Assembly: GCA_964594555.1 (NCBI GenBank)
Contig: CAZQMT010000005.1
Location: forward strand, 1 to 34,537
Reading direction: 5' to 3'
Length of the DNA: 34,537 bases
DNA from: an uncultured Vicinamibacterales bacterium
Lineage (GTDB): Bacteria > Acidobacteriota > Vicinamibacteria > Vicinamibacterales > CAZQMT01
This document shows, piece by piece, positions 9,739 to 18,880 of this stretch (position 1 is its first letter; each line of letters opens with the position of its first letter). Position numbers and translations under genes: made by a program. The notes below the pieces were generated by a model. It made no database searches. It saw nothing but the letters and a program-made list of their open reading frames with translations, and was not told the origin of the DNA.

Positions 9739-10713
9739 ATGCATAACTACTGTCCCCCAAATTATCTCCGTGGTGGCCATCGTATGACTCTCTACGCTTG
9801 GGCTCATCCGAGACGCTTCCCCAGACTGCCCGCTCCCGTACCACGCTACTTTGACGTTGCATCAGACACAAGGGTCCTTGGACATTGCCATTGGAAGCGC
9901 GAACCGAAACATCATCCCACACTAATCGCACTGCACGGACTTGAAGGCTCAAGTCTCGCTCATTACATGGTAGGACTTGCTGACAAAGCTTTCCTAGCGG
10001 GATTCAACGTAATCCGACTCAACCAGCGAAATTGCGGTGGGACCGAACACCTTTCACCTGGTCTTTATCACTCTGGTCTTACAGAAGATCCCGCAGCGGT
10101 TCTGAAAGAGCTCGTTGAAGTCGACAAACTCTCGTCATTCGTTGTGGCAGGGTACTCGCTCGGAGTCAACCTCGCAGTAAAGCTGGCTGGAGATTACGGA
10201 GGCTGCGCTCCACCACAATTACATGCAGTCTGTGCCATCTCTCCAACACTCGATCTCGCACGCTGTGTCACTGCACTAGATCGACGTGAAAATTTCGTGT
10301 ACCAATGGAACTTTGTCAGGAATCTTAAACGCCGTATTCGCCAAAAGGCACGACTTTTTCCGAAACGCTACACACTCGGCGACCTTGGCAAGGTCACTTC
10401 TGTCCGTGAATTCGACGAACAATTCACCGCCCCTCATCATAACTTTTTAGATGCTAATGACTATTACTACCGGGCGAGTGCCCTAAGAGTCACGCAAAAA
10501 ATCCGCGTGCCCACTCTGATACTGTCTGCAAAGGACGACCCCTTTGTCCCTCCGGAACAATTCAGAGAACCAAGCTTGCTTGAAAACCCTCACGTATCAA
10601 TCGTTATAACGCGCTACGGTGGGCATTCTCGTTTCATCGCAGTGCCGCACAACGATGATGGCTACTGGGCAGAGCGTCGTGCCATCGAATTCGCACGACA
10701 AAACACCTCTTAG
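9739..10713 (+). CDS. YheT-family alpha/beta hydrolase
   Basis: GGHRMT, LHGLEGSS, NQRNCGG, YHSGLTED, nucleophile elbow GYSLG, acid in AKDDPFVP, His in GGH. Confidence 0.88.
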   Translation: MHNYCPPNYLRGGHRMTLYAWAHPRRFPRLPAPVPRYFDVASDTRVLGHCHWKREPKHHPTLIALHGLEGSSLAHYMVGLADKAFLAGFNVIRLNQRNCGGTEHLSPGLYHSGLTEDPAAVLKELVEVDKLSSFVVAGYSLGVNLAVKLAGDYGGCAPPQLHAVCAISPTLDLARCVTALDRRENFVYQWNFVRNLKRRIRQKARLFPKRYTLGDLGKVTSVREFDEQFTAPHHNFLDANDYYYRASALRVTQKIRVPTLILSAKDDPFVPPEQFREPSLLENPHVSIVITRYGGHSRFIAVPHNDDGYWAERRAIEFARQNTS

Positions 10714-10750
10714 CTAAGCACCTTAAAAGCGCACACAGCACCTGGTCTTT

Positions 10751-11968
10751 TCATGACATCGCATCATTATTTCGCAACACAGATCCATATAACGTATCGA
10801 AACGCTTCGCAATTTGACTCCAGTCGTACGCGGCAACACTCTGCAAAGCGGCCCGTCCCAGACGCTCGCGTAGTACGGGACTATTCAATAATCTTGCAAT
10901 CGCTCCAGCCAACGAGGCTGCATCACCAGGAGCAACCACTAATCCATTGACACCGTCAATAATAAACTCGGTAATACCCCCAACGGAAGTAGCTACAGAG
11001 GGTGTCGCCGAAGCACTCGCCTCGAGTATAACCGTCGGCATCCCTTCGGTATCACCATTCGCCTCAACGATAGATGGCACACATAATACGTCAGCCGACG
11101 CATACATTGACGCCAACTCCGTATGCATAACCGCAGGAACGAAGTGAACCTTTTCACGTAAATTCAATATATTGCGATAGTCTGCAAGCTTTTGCTTAAG
11201 AGGACCATCGCCAACAATTACGAGATGGGCTCCCGTCAGCTGAACTACTGGCTCAGCCATTGCCTGCAGTAGCACCCTCAAGCCTTTCTTCTCTACTAGT
11301 CGCCCGACAAATAACAACACTGGCTGCTCACCACACCATCGTGAAAAATAGCCTGGTAACGCCAAACGAGGATGGAATTTTTTAATATCCACGCCCATCG
11401 GAATAACCGATGCATCAGTACGCCTCGTCCCTAAAACAGTCCGAAGAGACTCAGAGATCAAAGTGACCTTAGCAGCACGCTCAAAGACTGGTCGAAATAA
11501 GAAGCGTCCAAGTGCACCGTTAAATATAGTCAGATCACCGCCAAGGCCTGTCGCAACAAAAGGCGGTACGTTACTGCCTGAAAAACCAAGCGCCTGTACC
11601 AAACCCTGAGGAATCAGCCAGTGACAATGAACTAAATCAAATTTTTGCTGCAGAAGACGGTGAAGCGAAAAGTAAAGTCCGAAAAATAACATGGGGACGG
11701 TCAACCATAACAAGGGATGCCTTCGCAAACGCGGCATAATCGCCCCTGGATATGCGAGACGTTCCATAAATCGAAACGGCGCATAGCGATAACGCTGAAT
11801 GGTGACAGGACCATCTTGTTCGAGCAACTGTGCGTTCGGATCGGCAGGTGCCAGAATGGTGACGTCGTAGCGATCGCTCAACGCATGAGCCAGATCAAGA
11901 ACGAATCGCGCCTCCGGATCAGAGGGAAAGCGTGGCAAGGTAGAGGTAGTGAAGAGAAGTTTCTTCAC
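10751..11968 (-). CDS. Glycosyltransferase family 4 (GT-B)
   Basis: HCHWLIPQG, IPMGVD, FVGRLVEKKG, VGDGP, E-x7-E motif (EGMPTVILEA). Confidence 0.92.
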   Translation of the reverse strand: MKKLLFTTSTLPRFPSDPEARFVLDLAHALSDRYDVTILAPADPNAQLLEQDGPVTIQRYRYAPFRFMERLAYPGAIMPRLRRHPLLWLTVPMLFFGLYFSLHRLLQQKFDLVHCHWLIPQGLVQALGFSGSNVPPFVATGLGGDLTIFNGALGRFLFRPVFERAAKVTLISESLRTVLGTRRTDASVIPMGVDIKKFHPRLALPGYFSRWCGEQPVLLFVGRLVEKKGLRVLLQAMAEPVVQLTGAHLVIVGDGPLKQKLADYRNILNLREKVHFVPAVMHTELASMYASADVLCVPSIVEANGDTEGMPTVILEASASATPSVATSVGGITEFIIDGVNGLVVAPGDAASLAGAIARLLNSPVLRERLGRAALQSVAAYDWSQIAKRFDTLYGSVLRNNDAMS

Positions 11969-12124
11969 CGTCTACCAAAATTTGAAAAGATCATTTTCGA
12001 CCACATCATCAAAACAAGCGGTCGAAGAAGCTTAGACCGGAAAGTGCCTGAACGACAGAACTACACCGCCATTCCAATTCACAACCACGACCTAGAAAAT
12101 AAACCAGCAGGAAGAACAATTACA

Positions 12125-12145
12125 ACACGTAAAAGTCCTACGTGT
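12125..12145 (-). terminator. Possible terminator hairpin downstream of the RRM gene
   Basis: 7-bp stem ACACGTA/TACGTGT with a 7-nt loop, 40 nt after the RRM stop. Only a weak, interrupted U-tract follows on the minus strand. Confidence 0.3.
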
Positions 12146-12184
12146 ATCCACAAACCAGCCTACTTCAAGAGACTTCGTTCACTT

Positions 12185-12541
12185 TTACCAGCGAGGTTCA
12201 CGTCGCCGGCCACCACTGAAGTCTTCGCTGTCGAAATCAGAGGCGCGCCCAAATCCACCTCCACCTCCACCAGTCCCACCACGTGGATTGGCAGGCTTCG
12301 GCCTGGCTTCATTAACCATCAACGCCCGACCTGAAAGTTCGTGTTGGTGAAACTGCTCAATCGCCTTCTGTGCATCTTCGTCCGTATGCATATCGACAAA
12401 AGCAAACCCGCGTGCGCGTCCCGTAGCCATGTCACGCATCACCCGAACACTTGCGACCGTGCCGGCTTTGGCGAACAACTCAGTGAGTTCTTCGTCAGTG
12501 GTGGAATAAGGTAGGTTACCCACATACAATCTGCTGCCCAT
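12185..12541 (-). CDS. RRM (RNP-1) RNA-binding protein with Gly-rich tail
   Basis: RNP2 LYVGNL, RNP1 RGFAFVDM, VNEARPK, Gly-rich C-terminus ending RRREPRW; AGGAG SD upstream. Confidence 0.95.
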   Translation of the reverse strand: MGSRLYVGNLPYSTTDEELTELFAKAGTVASVRVMRDMATGRARGFAFVDMHTDEDAQKAIEQFHQHELSGRALMVNEARPKPANPRGGTGGGGGGFGRASDFDSEDFSGGRRREPRW

Positions 12542-12697
12542 TTAATTTACTAGCTCCTGTAAATATTGCGCAATTTAAAGAGAAGTCGCCAATCCACGCG
12601 CAACAGGAAAGACGCTCACCAGAAAGCCTAAGGGCATAGGCCTTGAGCGGTTTGAACCCCTCGCTGGTAACATGCCACTATCTTTTCGGACAGTGAG

Positions 12698-12706
12698 AGT
12701 ATATCA
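12698..12706 (-). promoter_or_regulatory. Extended -10 promoter (TGaTATACT) for the RRM gene
   Basis: The minus strand reads TG-A-TATACT about 157 nt upstream of the ATG. No consensus -35. Confidence 0.5.
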
Positions 12707-12911
12707 GGATTCATATCGTGCCTCGTGCTGTTTTCTTATAAGAACCTTTACGACTATCCAAACCTCGATCTACAGTGGCTCTCCAAATGCATCTTGACAT
12801 ACAACGCCCTGCTACTAGTCCCCACCGTTCTTATAGACAACACTTACATACGCCACTAAAACTTATGGCATCCTAGAGTCAAAGAATAGACAAGGATTGA
12901 TTTTCAGAAAA

Positions 12912-13598
12912 ATGAACAAAAGAACTATGACGAAACCATCTTCTTCATCATTCACTGCTTATGAGCGCCGAATTATTAATCGTCTCACTAGCCCAGCGAA
13001 GGTTCAAAACTTCCTCAACCAATTGAACTACAATCACGAACTTCCACCACATGGCGTGACACTACGAAGTTTCCGAGGTGTTCTCCGTACAGGCAGTGCA
13101 CACTGTCTCGAAGCGGTACTCACAGCCGCTGTCATTCTCGAACAACACAACTATCCCCCACTCCTTATGAGTTTCGAATCAATCGATAATCTTGATCACG
13201 TAATCTTTTTATACCGAAGAGCTGGACGTTGGGGTTCAATAGGAAGGTCCCGAGATCCAGGCCTCCACGGCCGCCGGGCAGTATTCACCACGCCTCGAGC
13301 ATTAGCACTCAGCTATGTGGAACCCTTCGTTGATCTTACGGGGCGTATCACTGGTTACGCAGTCGTCGATCTGCGAATGCTTAAAAGTTATAACTGGCGA
13401 CTAGTAACAACTAACGTTTGGAAAGTCGAACGGTTTCTCATCGACTACCCACACCGGTCCATTAAATCTTCAGATCGTAAAATCGACCGGCTACGGCGCA
13501 AATATCGTGAATTTCGAACTCGGTTTCCTAATCGCAAACCAACCAACTACCGTGGACGCGAACGGTGGTCAAAACTCCCCGCTGAATTCAGCCAGTGA
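12912..13598 (+). CDS. Conserved hypothetical protein, possible transglutaminase/papain-like fold
   Basis: Basic ~230-aa ORF with VQNFLNQLNYN, AHCLEAVL (Cys) and DHVIFLY (His). Start uncertain (TTG 12897, ATG 12912 or ATG 12927). Confidence 0.65.
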   Translation: MNKRTMTKPSSSSFTAYERRIINRLTSPAKVQNFLNQLNYNHELPPHGVTLRSFRGVLRTGSAHCLEAVLTAAVILEQHNYPPLLMSFESIDNLDHVIFLYRRAGRWGSIGRSRDPGLHGRRAVFTTPRALALSYVEPFVDLTGRITGYAVVDLRMLKSYNWRLVTTNVWKVERFLIDYPHRSIKSSDRKIDRLRRKYREFRTRFPNRKPTNYRGRERWSKLPAEFSQ

Positions 13599-13629
13599 GA
13601 GTCATCGAGGGAATAGAAGGCCCACCGTC

Positions 13630-13932
13630 TCAATCTAAGTCGAAATCCCACTTTGGTCGTTCGACTGGCTCTTTACGGGCTTGTTCAAGGGCTTCGTCAA
13701 AGCGCTTCGACAGCGCATCACCACGTGTTTTCTCCGCATCAACAGATTGCTTAAATAAAGCTTCCCGGCGCGTCTTTTCGTCAGCCAAGATCTTTTCGGC
13801 TTTCGACAACTCAGGTTTGTCTGATCTCTCTGGCTCCAGATGACGCACTATACGTTTCAAATTAAGATCAAAGACCAAGGTGGCACTACAGCACGGACAC
13901 TTGACTTCAACCTCAGATCCTAGCTTAGCCAT
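13630..13932 (-). CDS. Small hypothetical protein, CxxC knuckle plus charged helical region
   Basis: EVKCPCCSATL, then an E/K/R-rich helix and an acidic DFDLD C-terminus. GAGGA SD precedes ATG 13932. Confidence 0.75.
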   Translation of the reverse strand: MAKLGSEVEVKCPCCSATLVFDLNLKRIVRHLEPERSDKPELSKAEKILADEKTRREALFKQSVDAEKTRGDALSKRFDEALEQARKEPVERPKWDFDLD

Positions 13933-14077
13933 GAACGTCCTCAACAGCTGACTGTAATAAAAGCTTCACCGTGAGCTACTAGTCTTCCTCTTCAAAATCT
14001 TCTTCTTTGTGCAAAGTGAACCGTGTTGACGGATGGAGTACTTCGCGTACGAAAAAGTCAAATAACAGTGCAAATCA

Positions 14078-14647
14078 CTAGAGAAGCGCCTTAATCTCCT
14101 TTTCGAATTGCTCCTTACTAGAAAAGCCCATATGCCTTTTACATATCTCGCCGTCACGGTTAATTACAATGGTCGTCGGAATACCATAAATGGGGCCAAA
14201 AGCCTCTTGAACATCGTCCCGACCGAGTCCAACTAACACTGGATAATTCATCTTGTATTCGTCAACGAAAGGCTGAAGTCTCTCAACTGGATCATCGACG
14301 GAGAAGCCAAGCACAACGAGACCGTCGTCTCCATACTTATCTTGCAACTCGACGAAACCAGGGATCTCAATCTTGCAGGGACCGCACCATGTTGCCCAAA
14401 AATCTAGGAGAATAACACTACCCTTATGCTCGCTAAGTACCACACTCTCACCATTCATATCTTTGATGGTGAAGTCCAAGTTCGCAGGCTCTAGTTCTTC
14501 GTCACAAAAAGCTGCGTCTGCTTCGGCCGAGGCAGACTCAACTCGAACATCAGAATTCAATGCAACAGAGCGCTCCCAGGTAAACGGAAGGGTAAGAAGA
14601 GCCAGCATAAGTGACCCCCCCGAAGCTAGAATCCAACGTTTTTTCAT
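14078..14647 (-). CDS. TlpA/ResA-family thiol-disulfide oxidoreductase
   Basis: DFWATWCGPC active site, cis-Pro loop GIPTT, N-terminal signal/anchor, GGAGG SD. Confidence 0.93.
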   Translation of the reverse strand: MKKRWILASGGSLMLALLTLPFTWERSVALNSDVRVESASAEADAAFCDEELEPANLDFTIKDMNGESVVLSEHKGSVILLDFWATWCGPCKIEIPGFVELQDKYGDDGLVVLGFSVDDPVERLQPFVDEYKMNYPVLVGLGRDDVQEAFGPIYGIPTTIVINRDGEICKRHMGFSSKEQFEKEIKALL

Positions 14648-14729
14648 TCACTCCTCCGTACAATGAAAAATCAAACGCGCTAGATCGCCTTTCACACACA
14701 ACTACTTGGCCAATACGATCGACCAAGGC

Positions 14730-14759
14730 AGACTAACGCCAGGAAAACTGCCATGTCAA
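14730..14759 (-). promoter_or_regulatory. Sigma70-type promoter for the TlpA-like gene
   Basis: Minus strand TTGACA (14759-14754), N18, TAGTCT (14735-14730). Confidence 0.55.
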
Positions 14760-15121
14760 GAATCTCTATACCCTAAGACCCCCAGCGAAGCATAGTCAAA
14801 GTAAAAGGGAAGCACAATGTATCACGTAAGGCATCTCTCCACACCGGAGAAGTCAATTAGAGTAGTGAAGTTAAGTCCTTCACTCACAACATTTCCCACA
14901 GAAAAAGTACTTTTGTGATATAGACACAACCCAATCGAGTTCGATGAGATTTACCAGTTAACGTGCTCATTCATCGCCTGCTCTCGGAGAATTTCCTTAG
15001 TAAATCCAAGTGAAGCATATTCAAAAATCCCACTATCATTGCAGGTTCTGTCTCAGGAAAGTAAGATGACGGGGTCCCGAAGTAGCCTGTATTACGACTG
15101 CTGCAATCGAGGTAAATATCT

Positions 15122-18100
15122 ATGTGTACGAGTTTCCCATCAGTCCTCGCAAAATGTTTTGGCCTGGCTGTCCTTTCCCTAGTAATGCTCGTTGGGCCGA
15201 CCCTGGAAGCCGCCGCACAAACTCCATCAACACCATTCGTACCCTACTTTGGTAAAAACCGCGTCAGACACGACAATTTTTCTTGGCACATCTACACCAC
15301 GCAACACTTTGAGATCTACTACTATCCAGAACTCGAAGAACATCTCGAACGTGTAGCAGGCTACGCCGAAAGTGCCTACCAAAAAATCTCAGGTGACCTC
15401 AAACACGATCTCGCCGAATTGGTACCTCTGGTGTTGTTTAAAACGCATAGCGAATTCTCACAACAGAACATTATTCCTGGAGACATTCCTGAAGGAGTAG
15501 CAGCGTTCGCCGAACCTAGACGTGACAGAATGGTGCTCCCCATTGATGAGCCCCCAGATCGCCTGTACGGCCTCATTGTTCATGAGCTTACTCATATTTT
15601 CGAGTTTGACATCATTCCTCGATCTTTAATGCGCCGTGGAGTCCCGTTATGGGTTGATGAGGGCTTGGCTGATTACATGCGCGGTCAATGGACACCGATG
15701 GACATGATGACGGTTCGAGATGCTGCAATTGCTGACATCATCCCAAGAATGAGCGAATTCGAGGGCTATGGCGGTTTCACAAATCCTCGTCTTGTCTACA
15801 ACCTGGGACATGCAGCCTTTGAATTTATTGAATCAAGATGGGGCAAAGAAGGTATCCGGGAGTTTCTATTTTCACTTAGGCGCGGAATGATCGGTGGAGG
15901 GGAAAGTCCTTTCGAACAAGCCTTTAAAATCTCAGGCGAAGAATTCGACATCGAATTCGATAAGTACCTCAAGGAGCGCTTTAAGCCCTTCCGTGACAAA
16001 GAACGCCCTGCCGACTACGGAAGGAATCTAGCACCTCGTTCAGGTCGTGGTAAATTCGTCGGAATCCTCTCTATTGAGCCCTCACCTTCAGGAGATCTTC
16101 TGGCAGCCGTTAGCGCGAATCAGAAAGACCTCGAGTACGACATTATTCTGATTTCATCAAAGAACGGGGAAGTAATTCGAAACCTTACGAGTGGATTCGA
16201 CCAAGATCGAGGTTATGAGTACATAACTGCACCAGGCGCGAGATTCATTACAGCACCGTGGATGTCATGGTCTCCAACTACCGACCGTCTCGCGTACTTT
16301 GTACGAACAGAAAAAAAGAAGTCACTCGTCTTACAGGACGTCCCAACAGCCAAAATTGTTAAAAAAATAGAGATGACTGACGTTGACGAACCAGAATCTC
16401 CAGATATCTCTCCAAACGACCGTACAGTTATTTTGTCAGCGCTACAAAATGGAGTTGGAGATATTTTCTCGCTCGATCTAACGACTGAGGAACTGACCAA
16501 CCTAACCAACGACGAATTTGGTGACTACGCACCGACTTTCTCTCCGGATGGAAATTCCATTGTTTACGTCTCTCGTATAAGTGGCAACGATAAACTATTC
16601 CGAATGGACCTTAGAACAAAGGAAAAGACACAACTCACATTCGGAACTCACGACGACTCAGGCGCACAGTTCATTGACGACAACACTATCGTTTTCTCAT
16701 CGACCGCACTTGATCCAGAAAAAATGATCGATGTCGATCTCGCGCGCAACGGAAACATTTTCAATATTTGGACTCTAGACTTACAAAACGGTCAACTAAA
16801 GCAGTATACCGATGCCTTGGGAGGTAACGTCTCACCTGTAACGTTGAGAAGAGACAATCCCAACAAAAATGAGATCGTATTCGTAACTTATTTCAAAGGA
16901 GACTACGGTCTTCATACAATTACTCCAACAGAGCCACTTTCTACTGTTACATCGAACGATTTCGGTAGCCCAGGCCCCATTATCGACTTCCGAGCACCGC
17001 TAACACACACTCTAGTTGCGAACAACAGCCGTAAAAAAGGTACGTTTGAAAACATATTTCTCGAAGGGCGCCCCCCTATCGGTGTCGGAGTGACCAGCGG
17101 CGGTGATCTCTTTGGAGGCACCACGGTAACAATGACCGACATCCTCGGTGATCAGCAATTCAATCTCTATGCTGCATCAATTTCTCAGTACCGTACACTC
17201 TCAGCATCCTACCTGAATCTTTCGAAACGCTTTCAATATGCAGTACAGGGATTTTCTCAAACACAATTTTACTTCGGACAAGCAGGTGTATTTTATGATC
17301 CTGCCTTCAGCTTCCTCGATCGAGACAATGCGCTCGCGGTCAGAACACAGCGGGGCGGCTCATTCTTTGGCATTTATCCCTTCAATAAATACCGTCGGGT
17401 GGAAGTGTCCGGTGGTGTAGTCCATCAATCAGAAAGATTTAATGACCCTGCTCTTGAAAACTTTTCACGTAATTTTCAACAACAGCAATTTGGTACAACG
17501 CTTTTTAACAACGGTACCCTTATACCCTTGAGTGTCACGTTTATCCAAGAAACCACCATATTCAGAGAATTCGGCCCTCTGGACGGTAACACCATGAAGC
17601 TTTCATTCACATTTTCACCAAAGATTGGCGACACACTGTCAAGACGAACACTTGAGGCCGACGCTCGCTATTATCAGCGGATCGGTACAACTGGTGTCTT
17701 GGCCTTCAGAGCTCGTGGATTTCTTGGCTCAGGTGATTACCCCGATTTTATCTACTTCGGTGGAAACTCAGAGATGCGTGGCTACGAGTACTTAGAATTT
17801 ATAGGCCACAAAGCATTCTTTTTAAACGCCGAGCTTCGCTTCCCTCTCATTGAGGCCATGCTGACTCCATTTGGAGTAATGGGAGGAGTGAGGGGTGTTT
17901 TCTTCGCTAACTTCGGAGGCGCAGCGTTCAACGAGCAACCATTTAACCTGTGGACCAGTGGACCTGAGATGCATACACCAGTCACCAGCTCAGTCACTAA
18001 TCCGGATACAAATCTAACTGAACGGACCTTCGGAGAACCTACAGAGATCTCAGGCTTTCGACTGACTGATACTCGTGCCTCCTACGGCATAGGCCTTGAA

Positions 18101-18250
18101 ACTTTCACGCTCGGGATCCCAATCCACCTCGACTGGTCATGGCGTACATTATTCAACAAGGAGTGGGAAGATCTGTTATTCGCAGCCAATGGCGGAAGCT
18201 CGACATTCAGGCGTGCAAAATTCGACATTTGGATCGGCTACGATTTTTAA
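15122..18250 (+). CDS. Omp85/BamA-TamA superfamily outer-membrane protein with N-terminal gluzincin-type peptidase and PD40/TolB-like beta-propeller
   Basis: Signal peptide; HELTH...PLWVDEGLADY; PD40-like repeats (SPDISPND, APTFSPDGNSIVY); barrel loop GGNSEMRGY; C-terminal beta-signal IGYDF; GAGGT SD. Confidence 0.88.
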   Translation: MCTSFPSVLAKCFGLAVLSLVMLVGPTLEAAAQTPSTPFVPYFGKNRVRHDNFSWHIYTTQHFEIYYYPELEEHLERVAGYAESAYQKISGDLKHDLAELVPLVLFKTHSEFSQQNIIPGDIPEGVAAFAEPRRDRMVLPIDEPPDRLYGLIVHELTHIFEFDIIPRSLMRRGVPLWVDEGLADYMRGQWTPMDMMTVRDAAIADIIPRMSEFEGYGGFTNPRLVYNLGHAAFEFIESRWGKEGIREFLFSLRRGMIGGGESPFEQAFKISGEEFDIEFDKYLKERFKPFRDKERPADYGRNLAPRSGRGKFVGILSIEPSPSGDLLAAVSANQKDLEYDIILISSKNGEVIRNLTSGFDQDRGYEYITAPGARFITAPWMSWSPTTDRLAYFVRTEKKKSLVLQDVPTAKIVKKIEMTDVDEPESPDISPNDRTVILSALQNGVGDIFSLDLTTEELTNLTNDEFGDYAPTFSPDGNSIVYVSRISGNDKLFRMDLRTKEKTQLTFGTHDDSGAQFIDDNTIVFSSTALDPEKMIDVDLARNGNIFNIWTLDLQNGQLKQYTDALGGNVSPVTLRRDNPNKNEIVFVTYFKGDYGLHTITPTEPLSTVTSNDFGSPGPIIDFRAPLTHTLVANNSRKKGTFENIFLEGRPPIGVGVTSGGDLFGGTTVTMTDILGDQQFNLYAASISQYRTLSASYLNLSKRFQYAVQGFSQTQFYFGQAGVFYDPAFSFLDRDNALAVRTQRGGSFFGIYPFNKYRRVEVSGGVVHQSERFNDPALENFSRNFQQQQFGTTLFNNGTLIPLSVTFIQETTIFREFGPLDGNTMKLSFTFSPKIGDTLSRRTLEADARYYQRIGTTGVLAFRARGFLGSGDYPDFIYFGGNSEMRGYEYLEFIGHKAFFLNAELRFPLIEAMLTPFGVMGGVRGVFFANFGGAAFNEQPFNLWTSGPEMHTPVTSSVTNPDTNLTERTFGEPTEISGFRLTDTRASYGIGLETFTLGIPIHLDWSWRTLFNKEWEDLLFAANGGSSTFRRAKFDIWIGYDF

Positions 18251-18328
18251 AAAGAAACTTTCGCGTAACGCTTCAAAGAAGATGTAGTAAACGCAAACTA
18301 TCGTCAAACCGTATCGATACACCTAACC

Positions 18329-18841
18329 ATGTCCACCACAGGCAACCTGCCGACAAAAAGCCCTTCGGACTCAGTTACTGAGATGGCTCAGGTCGTTCTA
18401 CCGAACGACGCAAATCCGCTCGGATTCATCCTTGGCGGTACGGTGATGCATCTCATTGATATTGCTGGTGTAATCGCTGGACACCGCCATACGCGCAGCC
18501 TCTTGGTAACCGCAGCTGTTGACGGTCTTGAGTTTCTCCATCCAATCAAAGTTGGCGATCTAATCATTCTTCGGGCTCGCGTAACCTGTACTTTTCAAAC
18601 ATCGTTCGAAGTATCAGTGGAAGTACTTTCTGAGGAGATCTTGACCGGCGCACAGCGAGTAACAAGTAGGGCTTTTCTTCCCTTCGTCGCTGTCGATACA
18701 GATGGTCAACCGATCCCAGTTCCCCCACTTCGCGAAGAAACCGCTGAAGACAAACGTTTAGTGAAGGAAGCTCACCGGAGACGGAAAGCACGGTTAGAGA
18801 CAAGACTCAAACGTAAAAACGAAACAGGCACAAGCCACTAG
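18329..18841 (+). CDS. Hotdog-fold acyl-CoA thioesterase (YciA-like)
   Basis: VLPNDANPLGFILGG, IDIAG, VTAAVDGLEFLHPIKVGD, FVAVD...PIPVP. Confidence 0.93.
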   Translation: MSTTGNLPTKSPSDSVTEMAQVVLPNDANPLGFILGGTVMHLIDIAGVIAGHRHTRSLLVTAAVDGLEFLHPIKVGDLIILRARVTCTFQTSFEVSVEVLSEEILTGAQRVTSRAFLPFVAVDTDGQPIPVPPLREETAEDKRLVKEAHRRRKARLETRLKRKNETGTSH

Positions 18842-18880
18842 CGTCGGTTTCATCAAAACTACTATCGACTAAAGATCAAC

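Noticed and set aside
12255-12281. CCACCT-like tandem repeats
   Set aside because: They simply encode the Gly-rich tail of the RRM protein.
11717-12334. 205-aa + strand ORF
   Set aside because: Overlaps both the GT4 and RRM genes in antisense and has no recognisable domain.
12794-12799. Perfect TTGACA upstream of the hypothetical gene
   Set aside because: No TAnnnT at 16-18 bp spacing.
13595-13843. 82-aa ORF starting at a GTGA overlap
   Set aside because: Antisense to the better-supported 13630-13932 gene; Ser-rich shadow composition.
13966-14157. 63-aa basic ORF, or a 35-aa TTG-started version, between TlpA and the CPCC protein
   Set aside because: Overlaps TlpA out of frame, has no SD and does not resemble small ribosomal proteins. 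It cannot be fully excluded without Ribo-seq.
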